This document shows positions 7,782 to 17,045 of a DNA stretch of 41,144 bases, piece by piece. The DNA is from Candidatus Dormiibacterota bacterium (lineage in GTDB: Bacteria; Chloroflexota; Dormibacteria; Aeolococcales; Aeolococcaceae), in the NCBI GenBank assembly GCA_003153215.1, contig PLXL01000061.1:1-41144 (forward strand). The letters run 5' to 3'. Made by a program: the position numbers and the translations under genes. The notes beneath the pieces are model-generated. The model was not told the origin of the DNA. It saw only the letters and a list, made by a program, of their open reading frames with translations, and did not search any database. Each line of letters starts with the position of its first letter. The first letter of the stretch is position 1.

Positions 7782-8159
7782 CTGACTTGGACTGGGCCAG
7801 GGTCTCGCGCGCGATCCGCTCGCTGTCCAGCGCGTCCGACTTCCCCTGGTAACGGCCGTGCGCCCGCTCAGCCGTCCGCGTGGGGCAGACATCGCGCACG
7901 TCGTGGCCTTGGCGGCAGAGATAGACCGACGTGTGTCTACCCAGGCCGCTGGCTCCCTCGATCCCCCACCGGCCCACGGGCCTGAAGCTCAGTGCCCAGG
8001 CCTCGAGGGCACGGTGCCCTTCTCCGACACGTTGTAGTGGCCGGTGGCGACGATGCCGCCCCGCTCGTCGACCACCGTGGCCGACAGGGCGTGCCGGTGG
8101 GGGTCGACCCCGACCACGCGAGCTTCAATACCCGGGCCGCGATGAGCGGTTCGCCTCAT
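7781..8159 (-). mobile_element. IS110-family recombinase gene, N-terminal (DEDD/RuvC-like) half, frameshifted
   Basis: ATG 8159: MRRTAHRGPGIEARVVGVDPHRHALSATVVDERGGIVATGHYNVS. A frameshift near 8020 is followed by EGHRALEAWALSFRPVGRWGIEGASGLGRHTSVYLCRQGHDVRDVCPTRTAERAHGRYQGKSDALDSERIARETLAQSKSV. Homology stops at the SDR stop codon. Confidence 0.75.
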
Positions 8160-8281
8160 CTGGCATCCTCAATCACCACACGACTCGTTCCCCGCCATCA
8201 TGCGGAGCCGTGCAGCACCACTGTCGCCACGCCACTTCTCTTTCCAGATAGCAGCCCCACACCGCGATCCGGAAGCTCTAC

Positions 8282-9364
8282 CTAAACGCCCGGTACGGAC
8301 ACCGAGTCTGCGAATTCTAGCGGCTCGGCCTCGGCCACATGGCACGCAGCCCGGTGATCAGGGCGAAGGAGTCGCAGCTTTGGCGTCACGCTATCGCACT
8401 GATCGATCGCGAACGGGCACCGGTGCCGGAAGCGACATCCTTCCTTCGGATTCACGACCTTCGGTGGCTCGCCTACGTCGGCCGCGTCCACTAGCGACAG
8501 CTCCGCCTGGGGATTGGGCACGGCGGAGAGTAGCAACTGCGTGTACGGATGCTTGGGCTGTTGGAGCACCTCGTCCGCTGGCCCCTCCTCCACGAGCTGG
8601 CCACCGTATAGAACCAGCACACGGTCGGCGATGTACCGGGCGCTCGCGATGTCATGCGTGATGTAAAGGAGCGAGACCCCCTCACGCTCGCGAAGGTCCG
8701 CCATCAGATTGAGGATTCCGACTCGTATCGACACGTCCAGCATGGACACGGGCTCATCGGCCAAGATAAGCTTCGGTCTGCAGACCAGAGCCTCGGCGAA
8801 GCCCACACGCTGGCGTTGCCCACCGCTCAACTCGTAGGGGAACTTCACCAGCATGTCGGTCGCCGGCACTAGGCCAACAGCGTCAAGTGCCCACAAAGCG
8901 GCCTCCACGCGTTGCTCGTGGCTCAGCTCCGGACGGTGCAACTTCATACTCCGCAGGATTCCGTGGGAGACTCGGTAGGTCGGATTGAGGGACGCGAAAG
9001 GGTCCTGAAAGATCATCGGGACGTCGCGTCGGTAGGCTAGCCGCTCCTTGCGGGAGTGAATGCCACTGAGCGGGCGCCCCTCAAAGAAGATCTCACCCCG
9101 AGTAGGCTTGTACAGCATAGCGAAGAGACGCGCAATGGTGCTCTTGCCACTGCCGCTCTCTCCAACGAGCGCCACGATCTCGCGCCTTCCGATCGAAAGG
9201 TTCAGGTCGTCAACCGCATGAAGGGTGCCCCTCGCAAAGAGCCCTCCGGCACGGAAGTGGCACGTCAAGCCAACAGCCCGAAGCAGGGCCTCGCTCGAAT
9301 CCTGCCCGACCTGGCCGGGCCGCCCCCGCCCCTCAGCCCCTGGCCCCGACTCGAGCTCACTCAT
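8282..9364 (-). CDS. Oligopeptide/dipeptide-type ABC transporter ATP-binding protein (OppF/DppF-like)
   Basis: GESGSGKST, LSGGQRQRV, LILADEPVSMLD, and a C-terminal Cys-containing oligo-HPY-type extension. Confidence 0.9.
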   Translation of the reverse strand: MSELESGPGAEGRGRPGQVGQDSSEALLRAVGLTCHFRAGGLFARGTLHAVDDLNLSIGRREIVALVGESGSGKSTIARLFAMLYKPTRGEIFFEGRPLSGIHSRKERLAYRRDVPMIFQDPFASLNPTYRVSHGILRSMKLHRPELSHEQRVEAALWALDAVGLVPATDMLVKFPYELSGGQRQRVGFAEALVCRPKLILADEPVSMLDVSIRVGILNLMADLREREGVSLLYITHDIASARYIADRVLVLYGGQLVEEGPADEVLQQPKHPYTQLLLSAVPNPQAELSLVDAADVGEPPKVVNPKEGCRFRHRCPFAIDQCDSVTPKLRLLRPDHRAACHVAEAEPLEFADSVSVPGV

Positions 9365-10359
9365 GAGCTCCGCTCGGAAGTACCCGCCCGACCCCCCCTT
9401 TCGTCATACAACAGGCACCGGACGAGATCGCCGCCGACTTCGTACAGAGGCGGCTCCACGTTCGGGCACGAACGCATGACCTCGGGGCAACGCGGATGGA
9501 ATCGGCACCCTCGCGGGGGCCGAAGGAGGTCGGGAGGCGCGCCGGGGAGACCCACAAGATGAACTCTGGGACCAGTCACCGATGGGAAAGCCGCTAACAG
9601 TCCGCGCGAGTACGGGTGCAGAGGGTGGCCGAATACCTGCGCGGTGCTGCTCACCTCCACCACTTGACCTGCATACATCACGGCAACACGGTCTGCAAAA
9701 TGCCTCAGCAGCGACATGTCGTGCGTAACGAACAGCACAGCAAAGCCAAGTCGCTTCTGTAGCTCCCTGATCTGGACCATCAAGGACCGTTGCGCCACTA
9801 CATCGAGAGCAGTAGTAGGCTCGTCCATAATTACCAGCTGTGGGGTGAACAACAGTGCCATCGCAATCATGGCTCTCTGGCGCATCCCACCCGAAAGCTG
9901 GTGCGGATAACTGTCCAGATGTCTAGGGTCCACAGAGACCAGCCGGAGCACCTGCGCCGACCTCAGAGCAATCTCCCGCCGCGACATCGTCGAGTGCTGC
10001 TCGCATACATCCTTCAGCTGAGCACCAACCGTCATGACCGGATTCAGAGCGTTCATTGCGCTCTGCATCACCACCGAAAAATCCCTCCACCGCACTTGGC
10101 GAAGTTCCTTCTCCGCGAGCTCAACCATGTCCCGGCCACGGAAGACCACGCTGCCCGAAGAGATCCTCGCAGGAGGGACCAGCAGCCGGGCGATAGCGAA
10201 CAGGAGCGTCGACTTTCCACAACCCGACTCCCCAACTATGCCGAGGAACTCACCCTCCCGGAGCTGCAAATCTACCTGTTCAACCGCCACGAGCGGCCCG
10301 GACTCTGTCTCGTACTGCACAGTCAGTCCGCGGACGTCCAGCAGGAGCCCGTCACCCAC
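9361..10359 (-). CDS. Oligopeptide/dipeptide-type ABC transporter ATP-binding protein (OppD/DppD-like)
   Basis: GESGCGKST, LSGGMRQR, LVIMDEPTTALD. 4-nt overlap with the downstream ATPase gene. Confidence 0.9.
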   Translation of the reverse strand: MGDGLLLDVRGLTVQYETESGPLVAVEQVDLQLREGEFLGIVGESGCGKSTLLFAIARLLVPPARISSGSVVFRGRDMVELAEKELRQVRWRDFSVVMQSAMNALNPVMTVGAQLKDVCEQHSTMSRREIALRSAQVLRLVSVDPRHLDSYPHQLSGGMRQRAMIAMALLFTPQLVIMDEPTTALDVVAQRSLMVQIRELQKRLGFAVLFVTHDMSLLRHFADRVAVMYAGQVVEVSSTAQVFGHPLHPYSRGLLAAFPSVTGPRVHLVGLPGAPPDLLRPPRGCRFHPRCPEVMRSCPNVEPPLYEVGGDLVRCLLYDERGGRAGTSERSS

Positions 10360-11275
10360 GACGCCTCACCACTCGCAATGCCGGGTTACCGATCTCGTCG
10401 AAGGCGTAGTTCAGCAAGGCGAACGCAGCAGCCAGCGCCGCAATGCACATCCCCGGCGTCAAAGCCCAAAGCGGCATCCCTGCAAGGAGTGCGTCATTAT
10501 TCTCAGCCCAATACAGCATCGTCCCCCAACTCTGCGCATTTGGATCGCCGAGGCCGATGAACTGCAAGCTTGCGGCTGTCAGCACCGAGAAAATCGCCGC
10601 CCCAAGAAAGCTAGCCACGATCAGTGACGTCATGGTCGGGAGAATTTCGAATACAATGATATACGCCTTCCGCTCCCCCCGGACGCGAGCCGCGTCGAGG
10701 AACTCCCGTCTGCGAAGGGACAGTACCTGGGCCCGGAGCTGCCGGGCGCCATAGGACCACCCAAGGGCTCCAAGCACAATGATCAGCGTGAGCAACCCCG
10801 CGCTCTTCACGTACGCGGCAATCACTATGATTAGCGGCAGCACCGGGATCACCAGAAGCACATCTGTGAAGAGCGACAACACCCCGTCAGCAACACCCCC
10901 GAGATAGGCCGCCGACACCCCCACGAGCACCGCGATCAGCGTCGCCGCGCCTCCGACAGCGAACGCAATGATAATCGACTGCTGCGTACCCCATATTAGC
11001 TGAGACAATACGTCCTGACCATACGAGGTCGTGCCCAGCCAATGTTGGGCCGAGGGCCCCTGAGCCGGTGCGAAAGCTGCTGCCGTCGGACTATAGGGCG
11101 CGATAAACTCTGGAAACGTCGCCAGCACAAGAAAGAGCACCAGCAAAACAAATCCTGCCAACGCCTTCCGGTTTGTCCGCACTGCCCGCCAAAGCGTGGT
11201 CGAGCCAGCCAACCTCGACCGAGCCCGCTTTACCTGGCCTCGCGGAACGTTATCTGCTGCTGCGGGAAGACTCAC
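10352..11275 (-). CDS. ABC transporter permease (OppC/DppC-like)
   Basis: 307 aa, multi-TM, with an EAA-type loop (FLDAARVRGERKAYIIVFEILP). Overlaps the ATPase gene. Confidence 0.9.
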   Translation of the reverse strand: MSLPAAADNVPRGQVKRARSRLAGSTTLWRAVRTNRKALAGFVLLVLFLVLATFPEFIAPYSPTAAAFAPAQGPSAQHWLGTTSYGQDVLSQLIWGTQQSIIIAFAVGGAATLIAVLVGVSAAYLGGVADGVLSLFTDVLLVIPVLPLIIVIAAYVKSAGLLTLIIVLGALGWSYGARQLRAQVLSLRRREFLDAARVRGERKAYIIVFEILPTMTSLIVASFLGAAIFSVLTAASLQFIGLGDPNAQSWGTMLYWAENNDALLAGMPLWALTPGMCIAALAAAFALLNYAFDEIGNPALRVVRRRG

Positions 11276-11294
11276 GCTGACACACGCCTCCCGC

Positions 11295-12278
11295 TCAGCT
11301 CTCCCGCACGCGCGGATCGAGTATGGCCGTCAACACGTCGGCGACGAGGATCGCCACGAGCACCGCAAACGTGATCAATAAGAAGAGGGCTTGCATCAGC
11401 GCGTAATCGTCGTTGAGCACCGATTGGAGAAGCATCCATCCGACCCCAGGATAGTTGAACACGTACTCAACAAGAATTGCACCGCTCACGACAAACCCCA
11501 GCGACATGGCAAAGCCAACCAGGTTCGGCAGTATCGCATTCCTCCCAGCGTACGTCCACATTATCGTCCAGGGCCTCAAGCCCTTCGCCCTAGCCATACG
11601 CACATAATCCTCTGCCAACACGGTAACCATGTTGTTCCGCATCGTCAGGATCCACCCCCCAATGGCCGTGATGAGTATTGTGGCCGCCGGCAAAATGGAA
11701 TGCACAAGCACATCCCCCACAAACTGCCACGACCAGCCGATCGTGTCGGTGACCGAGTACCCGCTCCCCAGCGGGAGCCATTTCAAGATTACGCCAAATA
11801 CCAGGATAGCAACTAGCCCTATCCAGAAGTATGGGAACGCGGAAATGACAATGAAAACGGGCGGCAGCACGCTGTCCAGGACACCCCCCCGCCGCCAACC
11901 GCCAATGAGTCCGATGAGCGTCCCAAGAAGGAACGCCAGAACTGTGGTCGTTCCCACGAGCCCCAGGGTCCACGGGAGCGCCTGGAGGACCGCTTTGCTG
12001 ACTGGCTCCGGAAAGAACGTAAGCGAGATACCCAAGTGCCCCGTAAACGTGTTGGCCAGATAGCCAAAGTATGAGCTGATGAAGCTCTGATGCGCCACCC
12101 CCACACCGAAATCGATCTCAAGAGCGTGTAGGGCTTGCGGGTTCACGCGCCCTCGGTATCTTGCTAGCATCGCCAGGGCAGGATTGCCGGGGATGAGGCG
12201 TGGAATAAGAAAGTTGATCGTCACCGCCGCCCACAGCGTAACCATAAAGAACCCAAGACGACGAAGCACGAACCTCAC
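11295..12278 (-). CDS. ABC transporter permease (OppB/DppB-like)
   Basis: 327 aa, multi-TM, with the typical MRFVLRRL N-terminus and YVRMARAKGL EAA loop. Confidence 0.9.
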   Translation of the reverse strand: MRFVLRRLGFFMVTLWAAVTINFLIPRLIPGNPALAMLARYRGRVNPQALHALEIDFGVGVAHQSFISSYFGYLANTFTGHLGISLTFFPEPVSKAVLQALPWTLGLVGTTTVLAFLLGTLIGLIGGWRRGGVLDSVLPPVFIVISAFPYFWIGLVAILVFGVILKWLPLGSGYSVTDTIGWSWQFVGDVLVHSILPAATILITAIGGWILTMRNNMVTVLAEDYVRMARAKGLRPWTIMWTYAGRNAILPNLVGFAMSLGFVVSGAILVEYVFNYPGVGWMLLQSVLNDDYALMQALFLLITFAVLVAILVADVLTAILDPRVRES

Positions 12279-12323
12279 TTGTCACTCCCCGTCCAACGGC
12301 ACTCCCGCGCCTGGCCAGAACTC

Positions 12324-14030
12324 TTACTTCTTCAGCATATACAAGTGATCCATCACTACGCCGAAGTCAGGCAGAATGTAGGCGGCCGGAAACGCGTATG
12401 GATCCTTCTCAGTGACCCAGCCACCGATGTCAGCGGTGTCGTACTGATACCACGCGACATACTCAACGACGGGAATGACTGGCACGTCGGCCAGCATGAC
12501 CCCCTCCAGCTTATCAACAATTGCATGCTGCGTCGCTACGTTGGTCGTGGCCGCATACTCGTTCAAGAGCGCATCCGTCGCGGTGCTGGAGTACCGCTCC
12601 CAATTCGATGCCGCCGATTGACCGATCGGCGCTGAATTTGCGGAGTCCAGGATCTCGCGCAACTCGTAGTACGGCGAGGGCCCACCGTTCTCGAAGTAGT
12701 ATCCGACTTGATAGTTGCCGTCGAAGAGATCGGCAACGAATGTTGATTGGGAAAGGAGTTCCAGCGTAGCTTGGATACCCACAGCCTTCAACTCCTCCAC
12801 GATCACATTCACGGACGCAATCGTGTCGGTCGCTCCGCTAAGGTTGATGATGGTGAAGCCCAGAGGTTGCCCCGAGGGCGTATAGAAAGTGCCGTTCTTC
12901 TCCGTGAAGCCAGCCGTCTTCAAAATCGAGATCGCGCGAGCGGGGTCATAACTATAGTCATGGTACTGGCTGGATAGACTTGAGTCCAGCCAACTCGTGT
13001 ACGTGGGAGTGACTACATCGGTTTGGTTCGCGGCTGGCTCGTATCCATACTCGGCAATCTTAGAGACCTGGGGTCGGTTAATGGCGTACGCCACGGCTTG
13101 GCGAACTGCAAGATTGCTCACAGTCGGGTCTTTCAGATTGAAGAACAGGGAGTAGTTGGCGAACGGCGGGGTCCAAGTGTGATAGTCAGGGCTCTTCGAC
13201 AGGTAATAGCTCTGGATATTGGGAATGAACTGGCTGCCCCATTGCGCTCCGCCCGTCGCCAGCAACTCGTTGGCAGGAGGGTTAGAAGTAAACGACGGGT
13301 AGTTGTACGTCTCGATCTTCGGAACACCCGGCTGCCAGTAATGCGGGTTTGCGGTGTACTTGATGTTCGCGGGCGAACAGGCCGCCATTTCGTACGCTCC
13401 GGTCCCTACCGGGTTAGTGTCGCCGTATGTGACTGGATCGCCTACGTTGGACCAAATATGCTCAGGCACGATTGGCGTCTGGTCGGCAATATAGTAGAAG
13501 TAGGGCACCGAAGGTTTGTTAAACTGGAAGACGACTTGGTTCGAGTTTTGTACCGTGACGCTCGTGAGTACTGTCCAGACAGCATTCAGATCGATACCAG
13601 GATCAGCTTTCAGAAGATTGAAGGTGTATGCAACGTCCTGGGCACTAAATGGATCTCCGTCCGTCCACTTGGCTCCCGAGCGGATTTTAAAGGTGAGTGT
13701 CGTATCACCAGTACTCCACGCGTAGCTCTGGGCGAGCCATGGCGTTGTCGCGCCATTTTTGAGGCTATCAACGAAGGTCAGCATCTCATAGGTCGGCCCA
13801 AACGACAGGTAGTTCTGCGCCGCATTGAACGGGTTGAAGCCACAGCTCCATGTTGTCCCTTGTTCATTGGAGATCGTAATCGATCCGCTCGGACCGCCCG
13901 TAGGGATCCCTTTGCTGGTGCTAACGCCAACCACGTTCCCACAGCCCACGACCATGAGCGCTACGATGGCCAGCGTCGACACCGCTCGGACATGTCTCGT
14001 GTCAGCCAGCGACCGGAACAGTCGTCTCAT
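12324..14030 (-). CDS. Family-5 (peptide/nickel/oligosaccharide-type) ABC substrate-binding lipoprotein
   Basis: 568 aa. Signal peptide with lipobox (LMVVGCGN). Typical family-5 SBP length and composition. First gene of the five-gene operon. RBS GGAGGG lies 9 nt upstream. Confidence 0.9.
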   Translation of the reverse strand: MRRLFRSLADTRHVRAVSTLAIVALMVVGCGNVVGVSTSKGIPTGGPSGSITISNEQGTTWSCGFNPFNAAQNYLSFGPTYEMLTFVDSLKNGATTPWLAQSYAWSTGDTTLTFKIRSGAKWTDGDPFSAQDVAYTFNLLKADPGIDLNAVWTVLTSVTVQNSNQVVFQFNKPSVPYFYYIADQTPIVPEHIWSNVGDPVTYGDTNPVGTGAYEMAACSPANIKYTANPHYWQPGVPKIETYNYPSFTSNPPANELLATGGAQWGSQFIPNIQSYYLSKSPDYHTWTPPFANYSLFFNLKDPTVSNLAVRQAVAYAINRPQVSKIAEYGYEPAANQTDVVTPTYTSWLDSSLSSQYHDYSYDPARAISILKTAGFTEKNGTFYTPSGQPLGFTIINLSGATDTIASVNVIVEELKAVGIQATLELLSQSTFVADLFDGNYQVGYYFENGGPSPYYELREILDSANSAPIGQSAASNWERYSSTATDALLNEYAATTNVATQHAIVDKLEGVMLADVPVIPVVEYVAWYQYDTADIGGWVTEKDPYAFPAAYILPDFGVVMDHLYMLKK

Positions 14031-14064
14031 CCTGAGAATCCCTCCGCGGGTTTGGTTCGCACCG

Positions 14065-14098
14065 TAGGAAGGTTACCTACCTCCCCTGGCATTGTCAA
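14065..14098 (-). promoter_or_regulatory. Promoter of the SBP/ABC operon, overlapped by a TAGG-N7-CCTA palindrome (candidate operator)
   Basis: On the minus strand: TTGACA (14098-14093), 17-nt spacer, TAACCT (14075-14070). The -10 lies inside the palindrome TAGGAAGGTTACCTA (14065-14079). Confidence 0.45.
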
Positions 14099-14270
14099 TC
14101 ACCGCAGCGGGCGATTCTGCCAGCAGCCGGGGGGCCTTGAGCCAGCGAAGGTCCAGGCCGGCCGGATGGCGACCCGTGGTCGCGTGTCGAGAGCGGCCGC
14201 CGATCGGCAGCGGAGAAGGCGCCGCCGGGCTGGGGATGGTCACATTGACGCGGATATCCCTGGCATGTTA

Positions 14271-14285
14271 TAGGTAAGTTGCCTA
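14271..14285. promoter_or_regulatory. Second TAGG-N7-CCTA palindrome (candidate operator upstream of the ROK regulator gene)
   Basis: TAGGTAAGTTGCCTA sits 32 nt upstream of GTG 14317 and is flanked by CCCTGGCAT (14258-14266), a motif also found next to the first palindrome (14084-14092). Confidence 0.3.
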
Positions 14286-14316
14286 ATATCCAACTGCAGG
14301 AGGTGAAGAGGACACC

Positions 14317-15621
14317 GTGGCAAACGGAGAGGGCGCCAAACCGAGCCTGGTCCGGGCGATCAACCTGCGGGCCACCTTCGAGTTGATCCAGCTCCTGGGT
14401 CCCGTTGGCACGGCGCGCGTCGTCGGCGAGACGGGGCTCTCCCGGCCCACCGTGGCTGACGTGCTCACCCAGTTGCTCAACCTAGGCCTGATCCGCAAGG
14501 CAGGGCGCACCCGGCGGCTGCCTGGGCCAAGCGCCCAGGTCTACGGCGTGAACCCGCAAGCGGGATGGGTGCTGAGCCTGGACGTCGGCCGAGAGTGGGT
14601 CAGGGCCGAGCTGACCGATCTCACCGGAGCGACGGTTGCTCGTAGCGCATGGCGAACCGACCTCTCGACGACCTCGACCCTGATCACCCAGCTGCGCCAG
14701 GTCGCGGAGAGGCTCACCGCTGAGGCGAGGATCACCCTCGCCCAGGTCGAACAGGTTGTGGTGGGGACCCCGGGGCTCGTCCGCCCCGGTGAAGACCACT
14801 TATCACTCGCCCCCAACTTCCCGGGGTGGGAGAATGCGAGCGTCATCGCCGAGATCCGGAAAGCGCTGGTGGCGCCGGTCGTCTTCGAGAACGACGCCAA
14901 CTTGGCCGCGGTCGGCGAGCATATCCACGGTGTGGCGCGCGGGGCTCGGGACTTCGTCGTTGTCTTCCTCGGCACCGGCGTCGGGATGGGCGTGGTCTTG
15001 GACGGTGAGCTGCGGCACGGCGCGCGTGGCCTCGCCGGAGAGATCGGCTACCTCGCCCTCGACATGGATGCCCAGGGAGCGAAGCACGCCGCTTGGCGGG
15101 CGGGTGCGTTCGAGGCGCTGGTCTCTTCGTCGGCCATTCTCGGCTTGGCGCACGCCAAGGGCCTCTCCAATGCCGGCTCGACGCCTGAAGTCTTCGACGC
15201 CGCCCGGTCCGGGGACGAGATAGCGGGGGGTGTGATCGCGACCGTGGCCCGGCGTCTCGCCCACGCCATCGCCGCGATCGCGGCCGTGCTCGATCCCGAG
15301 CTGGTGGTCTTGGGCGGTGGGATCGGGTCGGGTGGAGGGGATCTTCTGCTCTCTCCAATCGCAGAGACTCTCACCGCAATCTCGCCGTTCTCACCGCGAT
15401 TGGCGGTCTCGACCCTGGGTTCCGAGGCGGTCGTCGCCGGAGCTAGTGCTCTGGGGCTTCGGCTGGCTCTCGATCGCATCTTCGAGCGCGTTGCCAGCAA
15501 CGGCCCGCTGCCAGAGTTCGGAGGCGCTCGCCCAGGACCCTCCATGTCGATCTCCGATGGTGCATCTCGGGCCCGCCGAGGCGGCTCAAGGACCAGGCCA
15601 ATGTTGAGGGTTCGCTCGTGA
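14317..15621 (+). CDS. ROK-family transcriptional regulator (N-terminal winged HTH + ROK sugar-binding domain)
   Basis: HTH GETGLSRPTVADVLTQLLNLGLIRKAG, followed by a ROK fold (VFENDANLAAVGE, GTGVGMGVV). No CxCGxxGC zinc motif. The Arg-rich C-terminal tail may be an over-extension. Confidence 0.85.
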   Translation: MANGEGAKPSLVRAINLRATFELIQLLGPVGTARVVGETGLSRPTVADVLTQLLNLGLIRKAGRTRRLPGPSAQVYGVNPQAGWVLSLDVGREWVRAELTDLTGATVARSAWRTDLSTTSTLITQLRQVAERLTAEARITLAQVEQVVVGTPGLVRPGEDHLSLAPNFPGWENASVIAEIRKALVAPVVFENDANLAAVGEHIHGVARGARDFVVVFLGTGVGMGVVLDGELRHGARGLAGEIGYLALDMDAQGAKHAAWRAGAFEALVSSSAILGLAHAKGLSNAGSTPEVFDAARSGDEIAGGVIATVARRLAHAIAAIAAVLDPELVVLGGGIGSGGGDLLLSPIAETLTAISPFSPRLAVSTLGSEAVVAGASALGLRLALDRIFERVASNGPLPEFGGARPGPSMSISDGASRARRGGSRTRPMLRVRS

Positions 15622-16046
15622 AGACAGCAGTGGTTAGGGGCAGCGGCCCACTCAGCCCCGAGCTTGTCGGGGGGCGGACGCGGCTGCCTGATCGGTTCGC
15701 GGCGGACAAGCTGATCCTCCGCCACGTGAATCATGAGCGGCTCCCCGTGGTCCGCCCTGTCGCCGGCGGAAGTGCAGTCGCCTGCGGCTTCCCAGGCCGC
15801 GTGACCCGCAGGCCGGTCGCGGCCGGGCCGGTGCATGGAGTTGACTTCGCGCTCTGTGTACGGCGATACCCTCACGACGCCGCTAGGTTCGACGCCCACC
15901 GAGCCTCTCATGCAGATGGAGGGCCGACTGGCCCAACCGTCCTGCGAGCGCGTTCAACCCTGCCGATCACGACGAGTAGCGCCGTTCAATACCCGCGGGC
16001 AGTGCGAGCGCAACTCGGTCGACGCCCGCATACTGCGGGCGCGTAG

Positions 16047-17045
16047 TTGGTGCGCGAGTCGGTCCGTCAGGAGATTGGGAACCTTTCCGAGCTCATCGGA
16101 CGGTCGCAACCTCACTTCGTGTTGGCCATCGACTTCGGGGGCACCAAGATCGCGGTTGGGTGCGCCACCCTTGGTGGAGACCTGCTGGTTCAACGTCGCT
16201 TGTCCACCTCCGCGACGCGCGGAGCCACCCAGGCGGTCGGTCGCGCCCTCGCGGCGGGGAGGGCGTTGTCTCGTGATCTCGTGGATCGGTACGATGGGCA
16301 ACTGATCGGCGTAGGCTTGGTCAGCCCTGGGGTGGTGCTTGCCGACCAGATATTGCTCGCGCCCAACGTCCCGGGCTGGGAGCGCCTGTCGCTACGCCAG
16401 CTCGCGGCTGAGCAGTTCCCCGGGATTCCGGTCGCCACGTGCAACGACGCCCGGGCAGCGGCAGTCGCCGAGTTGCGGTGGGGACACTTGCAGGGTATCC
16501 GCTCCGGCCTCTACGTCAATGTCGGCACGGGAGTGAGCGCCGCCGTGGTGATCGACGGTCGCGTCCTGGCGGGATCACATCAGGCGGCCGGAGAGATCGG
16601 TTACGCGCGAGCCGACCCCGCCGCAGACGGACCCGGTTACCTGGAACAGCTACTCGGTGGGCGCTGGCTGGCACGCCGGGCGAGCCTCGCTGCCGGGCGC
16701 CGGCTGTCCGTGGCCGATGCACTCTCCACGTCGGAGCCGGTGGTACGAGAGGTAGTCGATAAAGCGATAGATACTCTGGGCCACCATCTGGCGAACTTCT
16801 CCATCCTCCTCGATCCAGAGCGAATTGTCATGGGCGGTGGCCTCATGAACGCTGCCGAACGTATCCTGCCGCGGCTGCGCCACTGGCTCCTCGAGGTAGT
16901 GCCCTTCCCACCGGAACTAATGGCGGGGGCGTTCGTCACCGACGCGGCGCTGCGGGGGGCGGCATCGATCGCGATCGATGCCGCGGCTGAACAACCATCA
17001 GACGGCCGCGCGCCATCCTGCGCGGCCCCCGAGCGGGTTGGTTGA
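16047..17045 (+). CDS. ROK-family sugar kinase-like protein lacking the Cys zinc motif
   Basis: Phosphate-1 motif LAIDFGGTKIAVG, then NDARAAAVAE and NVGTGVSAAVVIDG. The zinc-motif position reads AGEIGYARADPAADGPGYLEQ (no Cys). The stop overlaps the SIS gene start. Confidence 0.8.
   Translation: MVRESVRQEIGNLSELIGRSQPHFVLAIDFGGTKIAVGCATLGGDLLVQRRLSTSATRGATQAVGRALAAGRALSRDLVDRYDGQLIGVGLVSPGVVLADQILLAPNVPGWERLSLRQLAAEQFPGIPVATCNDARAAAVAELRWGHLQGIRSGLYVNVGTGVSAAVVIDGRVLAGSHQAAGEIGYARADPAADGPGYLEQLLGGRWLARRASLAAGRRLSVADALSTSEPVVREVVDKAIDTLGHHLANFSILLDPERIVMGGGLMNAAERILPRLRHWLLEVVPFPPELMAGAFVTDAALRGAASIAIDAAAEQPSDGRAPSCAAPERVG

Noticed and set aside
13023-14273. 416-aa plus-strand ORF antisense to the SBP gene. 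Similar long antisense or alternative-frame ORFs lie at 9790..10560, 24150..24899, 25729..26946, 27311..28384, 28426..29739, 31742..33082 and 35686..37701.
   Set aside because: All are Arg/Gly/Pro/His-rich with no motifs. Each lies opposite or out of frame to a gene with strong family signatures. These are typical shadow ORFs of high-GC DNA.
15048-15911. 287-aa minus-strand ORF overlapping the 3' end of the ROK regulator gene
   Set aside because: It is mostly antisense to a well-supported gene, with low-complexity Arg/Pro/Ala composition and no recognisable domain.
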